NCBI GenBank assembly: GCA_963797935.1
Contig: CAWCRI010000016.1
Span: 19,720 to 83,719, forward strand
Direction of reading: 5' to 3'
Source: Vulcanimicrobiota bacterium
GTDB lineage: Bacteria; Vulcanimicrobiota; Vulcanimicrobiia; Vulcanimicrobiales; Vulcanimicrobiaceae
Length of the DNA: 64,000 nt
Within the stretch, counting starts at the first letter, position 1, and the number at the start of each line of letters is the position of its first letter. Position numbers and translations under genes: made by a program. Shown in pieces: positions 29,379 to 40,480 of this stretch. The notes below the pieces were generated by a model. The model did no database searches. It was given only the letters and a program-made list of their open reading frames with translations, and was not told where the DNA came from.

Positions 29379-30377
29379 ATGGGCGCGATTCTCACCGAGC
29401 CCGTCGGCGGGCCCGTCGCTTGGAGCGGTCCGGAGCTGGCGGCAGACGAGTCCTGGACGTACCGCGCCGGCGACGACGACGTCCGTGAGCTCGACGCGGC
29501 CCTGGCCACTGCGCGCGAACGCAGCCCAATCGTCGAGCAGACGCGCCGCGAAGATTTTCCGCTGAGCGCGCTAGCTGCGCGGCTCGCGCGCATCGGCGAG
29601 CAGCTCGAACGCGGGCGCGGGATGTATCTGCTGCGGGGGCTGCCCGTGGCGCGCTGGGGCGCGCTCGAAACCGCCCGCGCGCTGTGGGGCATCGGCACCT
29701 ACCTCGGCCGCGCGATCCCGCAGAACGCGCGCGGCGATCTGGTGGGCCACGTGCGCGACGAGGGCAAGGAGCTGAGCGATCCGCACGCGCGCGGCTATCA
29801 GACGCGCGCCGCGCAGAGCCTGCATGTCGACCGCTGCGACGTCGTGGGCCTGCTGTGCGTGAACAAAGCGAAGTCGGGCGGCATGAGCCGCGTCGTCAGC
29901 TCGATGCGCGTGTACGACGAGCTGCTCGAACGCTGTCCGTGGCATCTCGGCACGCTGTACACCCCGTTCGCGATCGACCTGCGCGGCGAGGAACGCGAAG
30001 GCGAACCGCCCGTGTACTACCGGCCGGTGTACAGCTACTTCGGCGGCGCGCTGAGCTGCGGCGCGAACGCGACGTACATTCGAGCGGGCCAAGAGCGCGT
30101 CGGCCGCCCGCTGAACGCGGCGCAGGCCGAAGCGATCGACACGTTCTACGACGTCTGCGAACGGCACACGCTATCGATGGATCTCGAACCCGGCGACGTG
30201 CAGCTGCTCAACAGCTACGTGACGCTGCACGACCGCACCGGATACGACGATTACGACGAGCCGGAGCGCAAGCGGCACATGCTGCGGTTATGGCTGGACG
30301 TGCCGAACCGACGTCCGCTCGCGCCGGATTTCGGCACGTACGATTTCACCGCGGGGCGCGTCGTCGGGATCCGCTGA
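29379..30377 (+). CDS. TauD/TfdA family Fe(II)/2-oxoglutarate dioxygenase
   Basis: HVDRCD (HxD) and LEPGDVQLLN...LHDRT...RHMLRLWL. Confidence 0.88.
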   Translation: MGAILTEPVGGPVAWSGPELAADESWTYRAGDDDVRELDAALATARERSPIVEQTRREDFPLSALAARLARIGEQLERGRGMYLLRGLPVARWGALETARALWGIGTYLGRAIPQNARGDLVGHVRDEGKELSDPHARGYQTRAAQSLHVDRCDVVGLLCVNKAKSGGMSRVVSSMRVYDELLERCPWHLGTLYTPFAIDLRGEEREGEPPVYYRPVYSYFGGALSCGANATYIRAGQERVGRPLNAAQAEAIDTFYDVCERHTLSMDLEPGDVQLLNSYVTLHDRTGYDDYDEPERKRHMLRLWLDVPNRRPLAPDFGTYDFTAGRVVGIR

Positions 30378-30488
30378 CCCTGCACGCAGGGCGGCGAGCA
30401 GCCCCCACGAAAGAAACCGAACGCGCCGATGCGAGCAGGTTGAGTGAGCCTGGCGGTGCCTTTTTCACCTGCTGATGAGGAAGACGTC

Positions 30489-31019
30489 GTGATCCGACGC
30501 GTGGCATCACTCCTGGGCGCCATCGCGGTTCTCGCCGCCACGCCCGTATCCGCCAAGGAACTTGCGTTCACCGCGGACCTGCGCGGTGACGCGCCGTCGT
30601 CCATGACCGGATCGAAGGCTACCGCTCACGCGAAGATCCTCGTGCACACCGACACGCAGACCGTCGACGTGCTGCTCAACGTCGACGGCTTGAAGATCGA
30701 CGAACTCTGGACGAAGCTTCGCAACTCGCCCAAGGGCCCGATCCATCTGCACATCTATGGATCGCACGACCACTCCGGAAACGCCGGCGCCGCGCTGATC
30801 TTCCCGCTTCCCTACGGCCCGAATTATGTTGCGACCGCGAGGGGATTCAGCGTCGACCTGAAGGGCGCGCCGTATGCCGCAGGAGCGAAGCTCGTCGATT
30901 CCGATGCTTCGTTCGACGACTTCGTGTCCTCCCTGCAGAACGGCCGGCTCGTGCTCAACATCCACACGAACGCGAATCCAGCGGGCGAGATCAGCGGCGA
31001 CGTGATCCCGGCGCACTGA
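30489..31019 (+). CDS. Secreted CHRD domain protein
   Basis: Signal peptide, IHLH and LNIHTNANPAGEISG. Confidence 0.85.
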   Translation: MIRRVASLLGAIAVLAATPVSAKELAFTADLRGDAPSSMTGSKATAHAKILVHTDTQTVDVLLNVDGLKIDELWTKLRNSPKGPIHLHIYGSHDHSGNAGAALIFPLPYGPNYVATARGFSVDLKGAPYAAGAKLVDSDASFDDFVSSLQNGRLVLNIHTNANPAGEISGDVIPAH

Positions 31020-31024
31020 CGTCC

Positions 31025-31708
31025 TCAGATCTCGTCGGCGACGTTCGGGTCGGCGTACTCGCGCAGAAAACGCTGCCGCCACGACTCCGATAGCTCGTCG
31101 CGAGACACTTGCTGGTCCACGCGGCTCATGTCGATGCGGGCGTCCGGGACATCCATCAGCTCCGCGATGCTCGCCACCGCCGAGCGCGGGTCAGCGGCGA
31201 CCGCTTCGTACGTGATCCGCAACGGCGTGATCGCGTTGCGCGCGAAGAACGCCACCCAGCGGGCGTCATGGCGCGCGAAAAGACGAATGTTCGCGCAGAT
31301 CGCTTCACCATCATACTGCGGAACGGCCGCCTCGGCGACCGTCGAGCGAAAACGACCCGTCTGATTGGCTCGCGCCAGCGAGATCGCCTGACCGAGCACG
31401 TCCGCGCGGACGAGATGGACGTAACGAAGCTGGGGCAGCCCGTCCGCCCAGCGCACGCGCAGCGCGATCGCGTCCAGATGGCTGGGGAACACCTTGACGC
31501 CGTAGATGCCGTTCGGGCTCGCGCCCCGCGTGAGGATCCATTGAAGCTGCTCGGACGGGTCGTCGGGATATGCGGGGTCGAGGAAACGGCGGCGTCCCGC
31601 GGTGCTGAAGTACTCCTGCGGGTGGCCGAGGCGGTCGGTGCTCGACAGCAGCTCGCACAGCCAGTTGCTGCCGCTGCGGCCGATGGTGCATATCGCGTAT
31701 CCGCGCAT
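31025..31708 (-). CDS. Stf0 family sulfotransferase
   Basis: YAICTIGRSGSNWLCELL, P.EYF, NGIYGVK, R.DVLGQAIS and ITYE motifs. Confidence 0.88.
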   Translation of the reverse strand: MRGYAICTIGRSGSNWLCELLSSTDRLGHPQEYFSTAGRRRFLDPAYPDDPSEQLQWILTRGASPNGIYGVKVFPSHLDAIALRVRWADGLPQLRYVHLVRADVLGQAISLARANQTGRFRSTVAEAAVPQYDGEAICANIRLFARHDARWVAFFARNAITPLRITYEAVAADPRSAVASIAELMDVPDARIDMSRVDQQVSRDELSESWRQRFLREYADPNVADEI

Positions 31709-31911
31709 GGTTCAGGCCGACGCCCGCTTCGACCACGTCATTTCGTCCCGAGTTCGAGACGTGCTCTTGAAGACTCCCTCCGGCACAGACGAGCCCTCGC
31801 CTTTGCGCACGTCGCTCGGCGCAGGGCATGCACCGGCAATGAAATTGTACGCGCAGCAGGGTCGAACGGGACCGCCGACGACTTCGCTCGTCGGAATCCG
31901 CTGAGCCGCGT

Positions 31912-32193
31912 TCAGTTTCGGAAGTCGACCACCATCAAGAACACCGACGGGATCGGCTTGCACGACTCCGTCGCCGGTTTGAAACCGGTATCGCGACCGG
32001 CTTTTGTCGCCGCGCCGTCGAGCGCCGGATTTCCGGTCGATTTATGGATGACCGCTTTGGTCACTTTGCCGGTCGCGTCGAGCTCGAGCTTGACGATCGC
32101 CGTGCCTTCCGCGTGCATCTGGCGCGCGATTTCGGGCATGTCGGCTTCGGCGCGCTGCGTGATGGCGGGCGGCGTGGCGGGGCATGAGATCAT
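31912..32193 (-). CDS. Stand-alone TonB C-terminal domain protein
   Basis: PEIARQMHAEGTAIV...LDATGKV...KSTGNPALDGAA...FKPA; GGAGG SD. Confidence 0.8.
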   Translation of the reverse strand: MISCPATPPAITQRAEADMPEIARQMHAEGTAIVKLELDATGKVTKAVIHKSTGNPALDGAATKAGRDTGFKPATESCKPIPSVFLMVVDFRN

Positions 32194-32232
32194 GGCTAGG
32201 TGTTCCTCCGTGATTGGTGCGTTATGAAGAGT

Positions 32233-34251
32233 TCAGGCGACGCCGGCGAGCGCGGGCGTGGGTCGCAGGGTCGCGTCTTCCGCATCCGTACGGAAGCCCT
32301 CGACGAGCGCGAACAATCCGCCGGCGCTCGTTTCGACGGCGCGCGTCGCACCGTCGACGTCGCGTGCGGTGGATGCATTGGTGCGCGCGACCTCGTGGAT
32401 GCGGTCGATGGCCTGGATCGCCGTCATCACCGCCGCGAGCTGCTCGTGCACCGCTTGGCCGACGCGCGACTGCACGTCGCGCATCCCGGCGATCGACGCG
32501 CGAATCGCGTCCGTACCGTCCTGCTGGCGCGCGAGCGTCTCGGCGGCCTCGCCGGCTGCAACGCTCATGCGCGTCGCGGCGTCGGTGACGGCGCGGGTCG
32601 AATCGGCTTGCTCGCGCGCCGCGCGTGAGATGCGCTGCACGAGGTCGCTCGAGCGCGCGATCGCTTCGCTCGACCGGCCGATCGCATCGGTCGCCTTTTC
32701 GGCGGCGAGCAGCGTCTCTTGCGAGCGCGCCGCGCCGCTCGCGGCGTCCTTGACGGTGTCGTCGGTGCGCTTGCGGACCTCAGCGATGAGGCCGCCGATC
32801 TCGCGCGTCGAACGCGCCGACATCTCGGCGAGCTTGCGGATCTCGTCGGCCACGACGGCGAAGCCGCGGCCGTGCTCGCCTGCGCGCGCGGCCTCGATCG
32901 CGGCGTTGAGCGCGAGCAGATTCGTTTGGTCCGCGATCGAGTCGATGGTCTCGATGATTCCGCCGATCTTCTGCCCGGTCTCGCCGAGGCGCGCGACGGA
33001 TTCCGCAACCGATCCGAGCACGCCGGCGACGCCGCGCGATGCGTCGGCGAGCCGCTCGACAGCCTGGGCTCCGAGCGCGCTGTTCTCGTTGGCGATCTGC
33101 CCGCTGCGCGCGGCTTCGTCCGCAGCGAGCGCGACCTCGCCGACGGATCGGTCGATCTCCTGGAAGGCGACCACGGTGCCCTCGACGTCCGCGGAGAGCC
33201 GCGAGACGGAGCCCGCGACGGCGGCGAGCGCGTCGATCAGCGCGGTCGTCGTGTTGCCGGCGTTCGCGACGGTGCCGCGCAACTCGTCCTGACCGACGGA
33301 GACGCGTTCGGCGCTCGTTGCGATCTGCTCGGCGGCGACGCGCGCGCTCGCGATCGCGTCGTTCTGTTCGTCCAGTCCCTTGTCGAGCAGGCGGTACGAC
33401 GCGACGAGGCGCCCGGACGTGGTTCCGAGCGTGCGCGACGCATCCCGCGTGTCGTCGACGATGCGCTGCAAGTTCGCCACAAAGGCGTTGAAGCCGCCGG
33501 CGAGCTCGCCGAGGCTGTCGCGCGTCGCGATGGCGATGCGGGCGTTCAAATCGGCGTCGCCCGCCGCGAGCTCGCGCAACCGCTTCGCGATCGCGAGGAT
33601 GGGCCGGTTCACGAAACGCATCGTCAGGAACGCGATCACGATCGCCGCGATGATGGCCGCGATCGTGAGCCCGATGGTCGTGATCGCCGAGAGCCGCGCC
33701 GTCGCGAGGACGTCGTTCTGCGCGCCCGCGATCGACGTCTCTTCCGCGGCTCGCACGGCGGCGAGCGCGCCGGCCATCTGCGAATAATAGGCGTTTTCGT
33801 CGGCGACGACGCGCAGCACGGCGGCATGATTGCCGCTGGCCGCGGCGGCGCGCATGTCGCCGGCTTTCGCTTCGAGCAGCGCCTCCGACGTGAGCACGGT
33901 CTCCCACAGCGAGCGCAAGCGCTTGTCGGTCGTCGTTTTCAGCAGCTGATCGGAAGCCGAGCCGAACCGCGCGATCGCGCCGGCCGTTGCGTCGAGCTCC
34001 TTCTTGTCGCCCGTCGTCGCATACGCGATCTGCGTGGCGCGAATCTCGACGGCGGCCAAGTCGGCGCGCGCCGCGGCACGGTAGGCCGGAAACGCGTTGA
34101 GCGCGACGGCGGAGATCGACGCGCGCGTCGACATCGACTGAAAAACGGAGGTCGCGGCGACGACCACGAGGAGAACGATGACGCTGCCGAGACCCGCACC
34201 CAGCCGTTTGTCGAGCGTATCCATGCGAAAAAAGCCGGCGGCGTGCTGCAC
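32233..34251 (-). CDS. Methyl-accepting chemotaxis protein
   Basis: Two TM helices, HAMP domain and [37 protein letters not shown]. Confidence 0.95.
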   Translation of the reverse strand: MQHAAGFFRMDTLDKRLGAGLGSVIVLLVVVAATSVFQSMSTRASISAVALNAFPAYRAAARADLAAVEIRATQIAYATTGDKKELDATAGAIARFGSASDQLLKTTTDKRLRSLWETVLTSEALLEAKAGDMRAAAASGNHAAVLRVVADENAYYSQMAGALAAVRAAEETSIAGAQNDVLATARLSAITTIGLTIAAIIAAIVIAFLTMRFVNRPILAIAKRLRELAAGDADLNARIAIATRDSLGELAGGFNAFVANLQRIVDDTRDASRTLGTTSGRLVASYRLLDKGLDEQNDAIASARVAAEQIATSAERVSVGQDELRGTVANAGNTTTALIDALAAVAGSVSRLSADVEGTVVAFQEIDRSVGEVALAADEAARSGQIANENSALGAQAVERLADASRGVAGVLGSVAESVARLGETGQKIGGIIETIDSIADQTNLLALNAAIEAARAGEHGRGFAVVADEIRKLAEMSARSTREIGGLIAEVRKRTDDTVKDAASGAARSQETLLAAEKATDAIGRSSEAIARSSDLVQRISRAAREQADSTRAVTDAATRMSVAAGEAAETLARQQDGTDAIRASIAGMRDVQSRVGQAVHEQLAAVMTAIQAIDRIHEVARTNASTARDVDGATRAVETSAGGLFALVEGFRTDAEDATLRPTPALAGVA

Positions 34252-34300
34252 GTTCTGAAAAAGTCCCTCCGTGGTTGGCGACGGTCGCCGCCGCCTTACT

Positions 34301-34327
34301 CTATCGTCCGCGCTACCGGCGATCTTA
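34301..34327 (-). promoter_or_regulatory. Sigma28 (FliA)-type promoter of the MCP gene
   Basis: Minus strand TAAG-N15-GACGATAG versus consensus TAAA-N15-GCCGATAA. Confidence 0.65.
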
Positions 34328-34360
34328 ACGTGTTTGCGACAAAAGTCTATTCAAACGCGA

Positions 34361-35521
34361 TCAGCGGTCGTCGTCGTGGCGATCGTCCGAGCCGCCCATC
34401 ACGCGCTGCACCATCTTGTACACGATCGACGCCTGCGTGCCGCTCTTGAGCGCGTAGTTCGGGTCGTCGTATCCCCACCAGTCCCAGCAGCCTTGCGGGT
34501 TGAACGGGACGGTCGACGACTTCACGGCGTACGGGTAGAGCACGACGATGCCGTTGGTGTCGGCCCATTCGTCGATGCCCGCCTCGGTGACGAACTTCGT
34601 GCCGATGTCCGCCTGCGTCTGGAGGCAGCCGTGGAATGCGACGACCAAGCCGCAGCGGTGGTCGTCGGAACAGCGATCGGGGACGAACGCGTAGCCGTTC
34701 GTGTCCATCGAGTTGCTCGCCGCGGCGCCGAACTCGGTCTGGTCGTAGTTGACGAGCTTGCCCTTGAGCGGTCCGCCGTTGCGCGGATGGAGATGACCGA
34801 AGAATCCTTCGAGCCATGTCTGCTCCGAGTCGTATGCGTGCGATCCCGACGTGCACTTGATCATGTACGGGCTGCCTTGGGTACCGCACGCGAGCTCGCC
34901 GTCGGGCGATTCCCACCCGTGTGCGGCCGGGAACGCGTTGTCGTACTTGACGATGTCGGCGCCGTAGTGCCGGTACTCGCTTTCGAGATCGTTCATCTCT
35001 TGCTGCTTGACGAGCGCGTCCTGGGTGCCGGACCACAGATACACCGGCTGCTCGCGAAGATTGCGCTCGTTGTCGATCGTGCCGGCCGCCGACTGCAGAT
35101 CGAGATACGCCTCGGACGCCGCGAGCGTGCTCTGGTACAAGCCGATCCCGCCGCACTGCGTCAGCGCGAGCAGGACGCTGTCATTCGCGCAGTGATACAC
35201 GCCGCCGGCGTAAATCGCCGCACCTCTGAACGTCCTGGAGTACGCGACGTGCATCTGCACGCCGAAGAAGCCGCCCGACGAGATCCCGGCGACGAACACC
35301 TTGTCGCGGTCGATCCCGTAGCCGCGCAGCCGCTGGACACCAGGGACCGGCGTCGGGCTCGGCGTCGGGAATACGACGGAAGCGCTGCTGCGAACCGCGC
35401 TGTCGGGCACGAGCGGCACGGGCGACGTGCTCTGCCTCGAACCGCCGCCCCCGCCGCATCCGGCCGCCGTCACGCACGCGGCAAGAGAGAGGGCGACTCC
35501 GAACCACGGGGCTCGACGCAT
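34361..35521 (-). CDS. Extracellular PHB depolymerase-like esterase (lipoprotein-like N-terminus)
   Basis: VAGISSGG, WSGTQD, VAFHGC.Q, WADTNGIVVLYP and NPQGCWDWWGY motifs; GGAGG SD; TAAGC lipobox-like. Confidence 0.85.
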   Translation of the reverse strand: MRRAPWFGVALSLAACVTAAGCGGGGGSRQSTSPVPLVPDSAVRSSASVVFPTPSPTPVPGVQRLRGYGIDRDKVFVAGISSGGFFGVQMHVAYSRTFRGAAIYAGGVYHCANDSVLLALTQCGGIGLYQSTLAASEAYLDLQSAAGTIDNERNLREQPVYLWSGTQDALVKQQEMNDLESEYRHYGADIVKYDNAFPAAHGWESPDGELACGTQGSPYMIKCTSGSHAYDSEQTWLEGFFGHLHPRNGGPLKGKLVNYDQTEFGAAASNSMDTNGYAFVPDRCSDDHRCGLVVAFHGCLQTQADIGTKFVTEAGIDEWADTNGIVVLYPYAVKSSTVPFNPQGCWDWWGYDDPNYALKSGTQASIVYKMVQRVMGGSDDRHDDDR

Positions 35522-35735
35522 CGTGAAGACCTCCAGCATTCCGGCGAGTGTCTCCGCCTGATACCCAACGCGTACGGGGCGTTCCTCTGCTCGCCGCTGC
35601 GCTCCGCGCGCAAGAACATGCGTCAGCGGCCGGTCTTGAGAGCGAACGACCTGCCGGCGCGTGACGGGTGGGACCTGTGTACTTACGGCGTTGCGCCCCA
35701 TACCCCGGAGCAGCCCCGAGTCGACCCTCCGTGGT

Positions 35736-36737
35736 TCAGTGCATGTACCCGCTGTATTTCGTCCGCTGCGCGTATTTTAGTCGCGTCAAATGGTCGTTGG
35801 GGGCGGCGGTCGCAGTCATCTGTGCGCGGTAGGCGTTTTCGCTTATCGGCTGTTGCGCGAATGCGCCGAGGCCCACGGTGGCGTACTCTTCGTTACGGAC
35901 CTTATTTAGGACGTCCTCATGATGGAGGTCGAGGCCATGAGCGCTGGGGCGCTGGGTTACGGTCCCCGTTTGGGTGGTCCCGTGCGCGGCGTGGTGCGCG
36001 TGCGTGAGCTCGTGGAAGAGCACGGTATCGGGGGTCGAGACGAGGGCGGTGTCGCGGGTACCGATGAGTTCGTCCGGATGGAACGGGATGTACGAACCGG
36101 AGCCGATCAATGGGTTGCTAACCCCGTTCGGATTCGTCGGCTCCTGGTGTGCGGTGACCTTGTCGGGCGCATAGCCGATCGTCACGTCCTTGTCGCCGCC
36201 GTGTAAGTCGCCGACGAGCGTGCGCCCGACGCTCGTCTTCAGCATCGTGGCGATATTCTTCATCACGGCAGGTTGGAAGTTCGGACCCAGTTTGGGATCG
36301 ATCTTTATCGGCCCGTGCCCGAGGTCGATCATGCCATAGAGTGTCGCGATTTTCTTGAACGTCGCATTATCGATGTCGTTCGGCTTAGCGTTTTTTCCGT
36401 GCGTGTCGGAGACGTTGAAGTGCGATTCTAGCGCCCCAGCGCCTTTCGTCAGCGCCAGCTTCTCGATGTGGTCGTGCGTCGCGGCGGTATTTGCGCTGCT
36501 AGGCACCGATTTCGACGGCCCGAGAGGGTCGAACTCTGCCACAGCGGCTGCGGCGTTGTTGTTCTGTATCTGCTGTGCATTGCGCACGAGCGCTACGTTC
36601 GGATTACTGATCTGAAATCCGTGCGGATAAAGAGGCGACGTAGCATGCAGCGTCGATGCGGTGGAATTCAACGACGTCGCGTGCGTCAGCGCCTGTTGCG
36701 CAAGTTGTTCCTTTTCCCAGTCGGCATACTCGCTCAT
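35736..36737 (-). CDS. M91 (NleD-like) zinc metallopeptidase
   Basis: VLFHELTHAHH...NEEYATVGL...ISENAYR; start MSEYADW at 36737; visibly more AT-rich than the flanks. Confidence 0.75.
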   Translation of the reverse strand: MSEYADWEKEQLAQQALTHATSLNSTASTLHATSPLYPHGFQISNPNVALVRNAQQIQNNNAAAAVAEFDPLGPSKSVPSSANTAATHDHIEKLALTKGAGALESHFNVSDTHGKNAKPNDIDNATFKKIATLYGMIDLGHGPIKIDPKLGPNFQPAVMKNIATMLKTSVGRTLVGDLHGGDKDVTIGYAPDKVTAHQEPTNPNGVSNPLIGSGSYIPFHPDELIGTRDTALVSTPDTVLFHELTHAHHAAHGTTQTGTVTQRPSAHGLDLHHEDVLNKVRNEEYATVGLGAFAQQPISENAYRAQMTATAAPNDHLTRLKYAQRTKYSGYMH

Positions 36738-36809
36738 GCGAGCTTCGCCAATCCGCTCATGGGGGCACCCCTTTTCACGCTTTCCTGGCGAAACGGCGTT
36801 CACAGGCAC

Positions 36810-37000
36810 AGTCCGTATTTCCCGTTCGCTTCCTACCCGGCACGGTTCGAGGCGGGAGCGAACCTCAGCGTCGACGTGCTCGTCCGAATCGCCGTCGCGC
36901 TCAATGCCGAACGCCATTTGTGCGACCTCTTCCTGCCGCCCGACGCGCGCCATCGAGCAGGTTCTGGAACGCCGCAGCGGCGCGCGCCATCGCGTGGATT
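36810..37000 (+). pseudogene. Degraded XRE/HipB-like HTH gene
   Basis: Fragments across frames read SLPT/ARFEAGANLSVDVLVRIAVALNAE..LCDLFLPPDAR/IEQVLERR; no intact start. Confidence 0.5.
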
Positions 37001-37085
37001 TCAAGAGCACGGGTGCCAAACTGGGCCAACTCATCCGGTCGAGAAAGCGAAAACCGCCCGAAACGGCGGCTTTCCTCGTGAAATC

Positions 37086-37161
37086 TGGCTCCCGGAGTTG
37101 GACTCGAACCAACGACCCGCTGATTAACAGTCAGCTGCTCTACCAACTGAGCTATCCGGGA
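37086..37161 (-). tRNA. tRNA-Asn (GTT)
   Basis: TCCCGGATAGCTCAGTTGGTAGAGCAGCTGACTGTTAATCAGCGGGTCGTTGGTTCGAGTCCAACTCCGGGAGCCA; 76 nt with encoded CCA. Confidence 0.98.
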
Positions 37162-37336
37162 CCGACTCGCCACGATTCGGGGGGTCGGGCGCAAATCCCG
37201 CCGCTGCCGCGAGGATTGGGCCTGCCCGTGGTCCAATCGTAGCGAGACCATGCGCCTCTCGTAGATTCCCCGCGCCCAGCCCCGGGCGCGGCTCGTGCAG
37301 ACCTCTTCTCCTCGTTCGCACGCATTGGAATCTCGT

Positions 37337-38560
37337 ATGGCTACCGTGACCGCTCGCCCGGCGAGCGTCTTTCGATCTTCCGCGTTCGCGCGTTTCTACG
37401 CCGGCCAGACGTTCAGCTATCTCGGCGACGGCCTGCGCACGCTTGCCATCCCGCTGCTGGTCTTCCGCCTCACCGGCTCCGCCACGGCCGTCGGTTGGAC
37501 GTGGGGCCTCGAGCTGGCTCCGTACGCCGTCATGAGCATGATCGCGGGCTCGCTCGGCGACCGAGTCGACCGGCGGCGGCTCATGCTGACGTGCGACATG
37601 CTGCGGTTCACCGTGATGGCGCTCTTCACGGTGCTCTTCGCGACGGGCCACCTCACGGTCTCGATGATCTACGCGGGCGTCGTCGTGCTGGCCATCGGCG
37701 GCTCGATGTTCCTCGGCGCCCAGACCGCATCGATCCCGTACCTGCTCGGCAAAGACCGCACCAAAGGCGCGGTCGCGGCACTGCAGGCGACGGAGCAGAG
37801 CGTCAACCTCGTCGCGCCGCCGATCGGTGGGACGCTGTTCGCGCTGTTCGGCCCGCTGCCCGCGCTCGCGATCAACGCGCTCACCTATCTCACGTCGCAA
37901 GTCGCGATTGCGTCGGTGCGCACGTTCGGGCCCGACGATCCCGGCAAGCTGCCGACGCTGCGCCAGATCGGCGGCGACATCGCCGCTGGCTGGCGGTTAC
38001 TGTTCGCGGACCGCACGATGATGATGCTGTCGTTCTCGAGCTGCGCGTTCAACTTCGTCGGCTCCATCGGCTACGTCGCGCTGATCCCGTACTTCAAGCG
38101 CGCGTTCACGGCGGGCGATCAGGTCGTCGGCATCGCGTTCGGGTGTTTCTCCGCGGGCGCCGCGCTGGGATCGTACGTCGCCGGCCGCACGCACTGGGCG
38201 TTCGGTCCGGCCATCATCGTCGCGAACCTCGCCGACGGCTTCGGCTGGCTGCCGCTGCCGTGGACGCACTCGATCTGGGTCGCGATCGCAGGCGTCGCGT
38301 TCTCGAGCTTCTGCGCGGGCTACGGCATGACGTCGATCATCGCGTGGCGGCTGCGCGTCATCCCGGAAGAGTTCGTCGGGCGCGTGTTCGGCGTGGTGCG
38401 GCTCGTCGTGCTCGCCGGCATCCTACCCGGTTCGATCCTGGGCGGCTGGTTCGCCGACCACATCGGCGTGCGCGCGACGATGATGATCTCGGCGCTCGGC
38501 TACATGGCGTTCACGATCGTGCTCGCGTTCTCGCGCACGGTGCGCGCCGAACGCCGCTGA
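37337..38560 (+). CDS. MFS transporter (MefA/MFS_3-like)
   Basis: About 12 hydrophobic segments; [11 protein letters not shown] motif A; [11 protein letters not shown]. Confidence 0.9.
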   Translation: MATVTARPASVFRSSAFARFYAGQTFSYLGDGLRTLAIPLLVFRLTGSATAVGWTWGLELAPYAVMSMIAGSLGDRVDRRRLMLTCDMLRFTVMALFTVLFATGHLTVSMIYAGVVVLAIGGSMFLGAQTASIPYLLGKDRTKGAVAALQATEQSVNLVAPPIGGTLFALFGPLPALAINALTYLTSQVAIASVRTFGPDDPGKLPTLRQIGGDIAAGWRLLFADRTMMMLSFSSCAFNFVGSIGYVALIPYFKRAFTAGDQVVGIAFGCFSAGAALGSYVAGRTHWAFGPAIIVANLADGFGWLPLPWTHSIWVAIAGVAFSSFCAGYGMTSIIAWRLRVIPEEFVGRVFGVVRLVVLAGILPGSILGGWFADHIGVRATMMISALGYMAFTIVLAFSRTVRAERR

Positions 38561-38566
38561 CCGCCG

Positions 38567-39269
38567 CTACGCCGGGACGATCTCCAGCTCGTCGAAGCTG
38601 ACGGCGCTCGGGTGCGCCGTCGTCGCGCCGGCGGGCGTGTCGGCCGGACGCAGCAGACCGCACCGTCTGCATCCCTGCGGTGCGCGCGGCGTCGAGCTCC
38701 GCGTCGACGTCGCTCAGGAACACCACGTCCGCCGGCGCAATCCCGATCACGTCCGCGATGACGCGGTACGACGCCGCCTCGCGCTTCCCGCCGACGGTCG
38801 TGTCGAAGTTGCCGCTGAACAGCGGCCCCAGATCGCCGTGCACGCTGTTCGCGAACAGCACGCGCTGCGCTTCGATCGAGCCCGAAGAATAGACGTACAG
38901 CACCAAGCCCGCGGCGTGCCAGCGCCGCAAGCCGGCGGCCGCGTCCGGATACACGTGCGCCCGCAACTCGTTGTGAGCGAAGCCTTCCGCCCAGATCAGC
39001 CCTTGCAGCGTCTTGAGCGGCGTCGCTTTGCGGTCTTCCGCGATCCACGCGTGCAGGTGCGCGAGCACCGTCGCGTCGTCCGCATTGGGCTCGACGCCGG
39101 CCAGCCGTGCCGCGTCGATCAGCGCTTGCGCGACCTCAGGCTCGTTGCGGTGCGCGGCCACGTACGCGTCGAGGTGCGCGTCCGCGTACGGAAAGAGCAC
39201 CTCGTGCACGAACGCGATCGTGCTCGTCGTACCCTCGATGTCGACGAGCACGGCGCGCGCACGAATCAC
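38567..39269 (-). CDS. mtnC: Enolase-phosphatase E1; +1 frameshift at about 38657
   Basis: [31 protein letters not shown] and FLSDV..ELDAA; removing one T restores RLLRP...[10 protein letters not shown]. Confidence 0.92.
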
Positions 39270-39823
39270 TCGTACTTTGGAAACCGCGATGCGATCGGGT
39301 CGCCGGTGTAGTTCGCGACCCAGCCTTCGGGGTTCACGAAAAGCCGGAGCACCGCGAACTCCGGCGCCGGTCCCATGTCGAACCAGTGCGTCGTGTTCGC
39401 CGGCACGCTCAGCAGGTCGCCGCGCGTGCAGATCGTCTGGTACACCTTGCCGTGCATGCGCAGGTAGAACGACGCGCTGCCCTCGACGAAGAACCGCACT
39501 TCGTCCTCGGAGTGCGTGTGCTCGCTGAGAAACTTCTCGCGCAGCGCCGGCAAGTTGGGCGTCGTCTGACCGACGCGCAGCACGTCGACGGTGGTGTAGC
39601 CGTGCGCGTCCTTGAGCCGCTGGATGTCGCCCGCGTACGCGGCGAGGATCGAGTCCGAGTCGGACTCCGCCGTCAGCGGCGCATCGGCTTCCCAGCGCTC
39701 GAAGATCACGCCCTCGGCGTCGAGGATACGGGCGATCTCCGCGCGGTCGGTCGTGTCGAGGAGCGGTTTGGTCCCGTCGTCGTCGGCATACACCCGAAGC
39801 GTCGAGGTGAGCGTCGTGTTCAT
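39266..39823 (-). CDS. mtnD: Acireductone dioxygenase
   Basis: [19 protein letters not shown]...[11 protein letters not shown]. Confidence 0.95.
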   Translation of the reverse strand: MNTTLTSTLRVYADDDGTKPLLDTTDRAEIARILDAEGVIFERWEADAPLTAESDSDSILAAYAGDIQRLKDAHGYTTVDVLRVGQTTPNLPALREKFLSEHTHSEDEVRFFVEGSASFYLRMHGKVYQTICTRGDLLSVPANTTHWFDMGPAPEFAVLRLFVNPEGWVANYTGDPIASRFPKYE

Positions 39824-40437
39824 CGCAGTCTCCGTTCTTCGAGGTGGCAGGCGAGGAGGAACTCCAAGCCTTCGACGTGGCGGCGCGCATCGGCTGCCGT
39901 CGCGCCCCAGGCGTACAAACCGTGGCCGGCGAGCAGAAATCCCGGCACGGCGGCACCGCGGCCGAGCCGTGCTTCGACGTCGACGGCGAGCGCCGCCGTA
40001 TCCTGATCGTTGCGGAAGACGGGGATCTCGACCACGCTCAAGTGGGTGCGCGCGCCGACGGTTTTGTGCATCTCGAGGCCGTCCGTCCGCACGACGCCCG
40101 CGTCCTCGTCCAGCCGCGAGAGCACCGTCGCTGCGACCGTGTGGACGTGGAAAACCGCCCCGATCGCGGGATCGGTGCGGTAGCGCGCAAGGTGGAGCGG
40201 CGCCTCCGCCGACACGCCGCCCGGCAGCGGTTCGCCCAGCGTCAGCACGATGACGTCTTCGGCTCGGATCGAGCCCTTGTCGATCCCGCTGCGCGTGATC
40301 GCGACGTGCTCCGCGTCGATGCGGCGCGAAAAGTTACCAGACGTCGCCGGCACCCAGCCGTGCGACGCGGCGAAGCGGCCGAACGCCGCGATGTCCTCGA
40401 CCACGCTGGGCGGCGCGGCCGGCAGAACCACCGTCAC
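39820..40437 (-). CDS. mtnB: Methylthioribulose-1-phosphate dehydratase
   Basis: [22 protein letters not shown] and GHGLYAWG...HVEGLEFL. Confidence 0.93.
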   Translation of the reverse strand: MTVVLPAAPPSVVEDIAAFGRFAASHGWVPATSGNFSRRIDAEHVAITRSGIDKGSIRAEDVIVLTLGEPLPGGVSAEAPLHLARYRTDPAIGAVFHVHTVAATVLSRLDEDAGVVRTDGLEMHKTVGARTHLSVVEIPVFRNDQDTAALAVDVEARLGRGAAVPGFLLAGHGLYAWGATAADARRHVEGLEFLLACHLEERRLR

Positions 40438-40480
40438 CTCACGCCGAACCCCGCGCCATGGCTTCGAGGTTGCAAGCTGC

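Noticed and set aside
36661-37242. Integrase reading into tRNA-Asn
   Set aside because: No tyrosine or serine recombinase motifs; only an HTH remnant is present.
38511-39956. 481-aa ORF containing mtnC
   Set aside because: The N-terminus is an off-frame read of mtnD/mtnB and the C-terminus results from the frameshift.
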